A stretch of 64,000 bases of DNA, taken from contig JAUCBJ010001957.1 in NCBI GenBank assembly GCA_032718475.1, positions 32,298 to 96,297 of the forward strand, written 5' to 3'. The notes under the pieces were generated by a model. It ran no database searches. It was not told the DNA's origin and saw only the letters and a list, made by a program, of their open reading frames with translations. The position numbers were made by a program, and so were the translations under genes. This document shows, one piece after another, positions 62,401-64,000 of the stretch. This stretch comes from Nemertoderma westbladi. Taxonomy: Eukaryota; Animalia; Xenacoelomorpha. How positions within the stretch are numbered: the first letter of the stretch is position 1; every line of letters begins with the position of its first letter.

Positions 62401-64000
62401 ATCCATCGTTGAAAACGGAATTAATCACCGATGCGTCTGAAAAGGCTGTATCTGCCATATTGGGGCAGATTAATGAGAAAAGTGAATTCACACCAGTTGC
62501 TTTTGCATCAGCTACACTTGATACGCATCAGAGAAAATATAGCCAGCTCGACAGGGAAGCACTTGCTATAATGTTTGGTACAAGAAAATTCCAGCAATTC
62601 TTAATCGGTCATAAGTTTACAATCGTTACCGATAACAGACCACTCAAACGAATATTTGGTCCATTAAAAGCGCTTCCTGCTACGACTGTTTCAAGGTTAC
62701 AACACTGGGCTGTTGAGCTAGCAGCTCATAACTACACAGTTACAGCTATTAGTTCAGAAGAGAATATTGCTGATGCATTATCAAGACTTACACCTGCGAC
62801 CAAAGATAATATTTACAAGGATAAATCAGATATAGACATTCGAGCTATGGACTTACAACAGGAACAAAATATAGTAGACATTCCTTTAACCAAACAAGGA
62901 TTACAAGATGCTACTGAGGCTGATCCGGGATTACGTCATTTGAAACGCACAGTCGAATATGGCGAAAAGATACAAACAAATAATCCTGAGTTACGTCATT
63001 ACAAAGCTATTGAATTTGAACTTACAATCAAAGAAGGAATAATTATGCGTGGCAATCGAATTATAATACCATCCAGCTTACAGGCACATGTAATGAAGGA
63101 ACTACATTCCGCACACATCGGAGAAAGAAGAATGCTCACAAAAGCAGCAGACATCTGTTGGTGGCCTGGTATAGTAGATGATATAAAGTTATTCATCAAA
63201 GAGTGTACACCATGTCAACAATTCGCCAACAGTCCACCTCAAGAATATGTGTCATTACCAACAGCTAAGGCAGCATTTGAACGAATTCACACAGATTTAG
63301 CAGATTTCGAAGAACATACGATTTTAGGTATGGTTGATACGTATTCTGGTTGGAAAGATGCCAGAGTATTAAAGAATGCAAAGTCTTCTACAATTATAAC
63401 AGAAATGAAAAATATGTTTGCATTTACAGGAATTCCGGCGATAATATTTAGTGATAATGGACCACAGTTCATTTCAACAGAAATAGAAAGTTTCTTTACA
63501 GACAACGGTATAACTCATTGGAGTTCCGCATTCTATTCACCAACTTCAAATGGTGCTGCTGAAAGAACCGTGCAAAGTATAAAGAACTCGATGAAGAAAC
63601 AAAAGTTCAGTATCGAAAACGATACTATACAAGATAAGATCAGTAATTTCCTAATGCAGGATAGAAATTCACTGTACACACCAAGAGGAAAAACCCCGAA
63701 CGAATCAATTTTCCAATATCCTACAAAGACTCGGTTAGAACGGTTATTGGAATATCCAGTGACGAGTAACAAAAGCGACGAAACAAGTGGAAAATTCGAG
63801 ATCGGTGAAGCGGTCTGGATAAAAAACTATAGTCGACCGGGTAGGGGGCAAATAATTGTAAAGTGGCTCCCGGGACGAATAATAAAAAGGATTGGATCGC
63901 GAGTATACATGGTTAAAGTTGGTGATATTTTGGTCAAACGCAATGTTAACCAAATAAGGAGTCGATACAACCCATGGAATGACAAAGAAGGTACCACATC
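59446..64000 (+). mobile_element. Mag-like Ty3/gypsy LTR retrotransposon, continuing beyond the right edge
   Basis: LTR 59446-59666 (TGTTAGG...CCTAACA), PBS TGGCGCTGCGA at 59670 (tRNA-Ser type), single gag-pol frame. Confidence 0.92.
59994..64000 (+). CDS. gag-pol polyprotein of the Mag-like element (open to the window end, so absent from the ORF track)
   Basis: ATG at 59994; CYRCGKQGH...C and CRYC...GH...C knuckles, MEFDPGA, VRICGDYKSTVN, KLDMAQAYNQL, RLPYGI, YMDE, TDASE, YSQLDREALA, HSAHIG...CTPC, SDNGPQF, NGAAER. Confidence 0.88.
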   Translation, partial: MAYRGVKYSNVCAPFNPEKDRWETYLVMFRTILRTTNWVKPDNTAMTALEEEQAKTDIFISNCGLATLDLLNDLRYPTDIAKDSIDTLLDTITTYYRKGKSKEAARRKFRLCTQQKEESITDYAKRLRNLARDCQFTDLDGQLREQLTAGLIDNHVATELIQKQEDTFPEALNTAISFEEARNIAYDRNKSEIEIQRVNTSQRDQGSSNRGRFGNSRGRGGYRGGTSRGSSSSYTSQPRQVSQSRQITCYRCGKQGHKITECRMPEHIICRYCKAKGHVETACFKKRNATGSNQFKPNSQRGSVGMVDIDEGEHNDDLFMKHTDILQDLGNEVEINTVTLPKVNSIQLDILINNKKIQMEFDPGAKHSILPYNKYVEQFQDIQLHDCPSKLRGYCKGTARIKGVIYVVVEFPGTNVAKLENMPLIIAEESETENSPLFGLYWLQHLVHRGTSIDELLQQDIKIQNTQLDTKDLPYRLQTMLQEFTEVLTGVGCYKGEPLQIRIKTSNTNPKFLHSRSVPHAYKDKVIEQLKIDIKEGRLVHTDEGENIDWATPLVIMPKNDGSVRICGDYKSTVNQYLIEDYFPLMSQEEMSAKLQGKTIFTKLDMAQAYNQLPIDKESQALLTLATPLGLLKPTRLPYGITPAAAKCLKVVHCTLSKYISVSYMDEFLIASNNMEEHLRDLQTVFTALREAGLTIGMKKCSFVKSEVEFCGHIITSKGFLPDPKKVQAVRDMKPPSTKKELQSALGFMNYLRKYVHKYAEISNPLYKLLQKDTPFEWSKEANNAYNNVKEAISNCTLLVHFNPSLKTELITDASEKAVSAILGQINEKSEFTPVAFASATLDTHQRKYSQLDREALAIMFGTRKFQQFLIGHKFTIVTDNRPLKRIFGPLKALPATTVSRLQHWAVELAAHNYTVTAISSEENIADALSRLTPATKDNIYKDKSDIDIRAMDLQQEQNIVDIPLTKQGLQDATEADPGLRHLKRTVEYGEKIQTNNPELRHYKAIEFELTIKEGIIMRGNRIIIPSSLQAHVMKELHSAHIGERRMLTKAADICWWPGIVDDIKLFIKECTPCQQFANSPPQEYVSLPTAKAAFERIHTDLADFEEHTILGMVDTYSGWKDARVLKNAKSSTIITEMKNMFAFTGIPAIIFSDNGPQFISTEIESFFTDNGITHWSSAFYSPTSNGAAERTVQSIKNSMKKQKFSIENDTIQDKISNFLMQDRNSLYTPRGKTPNESIFQYPTKTRLERLLEYPVTSNKSDETSGKFEIGEAVWIKNYSRPGRGQIIVKWLPGRIIKRIGSRVYMVKVGDILVKRNVNQIRSRYNPWNDKEGTT

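Overview
Eukaryotic, transposon-rich animal genomic DNA; the species cannot be identified from the sequence. The left half is dominated by one giant BEL/Pao LTR retrotransposon (about 5318-33888, flanked by a 6-bp duplication ATGCCG). It has ~2.7-kb LTRs, an unknown ORF upstream of gag, a decayed gag-pol and a downstream ~960-codon ORF ending in a WRN/RNase D-type DEDDy 3'-5' exonuclease domain, preceded by a long rod-like RNA hairpin. In place of a tRNA primer-binding site, the 12 nt after its 5' LTR (ATAACAGATATA) are the exact reverse complement of a site inside the LTR, the signature of Tf1-type self-priming. A young Ty3/gypsy element and a CACTA/EnSpm-type MITE are nested in it. Other mobile DNA: a decayed CsRn1-like gypsy, CR1/L2 and RTE LINE fragments, a Helentron-type non-autonomous element, tRNA-derived SINE heads, a lone Transib-like end and a Mag-like gypsy running off the right edge. 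Four host genes have uninterrupted CDSs: a SMAP-type ArfGAP, ABCB10, GPATCH3 and a Ly6/uPAR-like GPI-anchored protein (with a broken tandem copy). Several mini- and satellite arrays are present; a 6.2-kb 29/30-bp array produces spurious 2000-aa ORFs.
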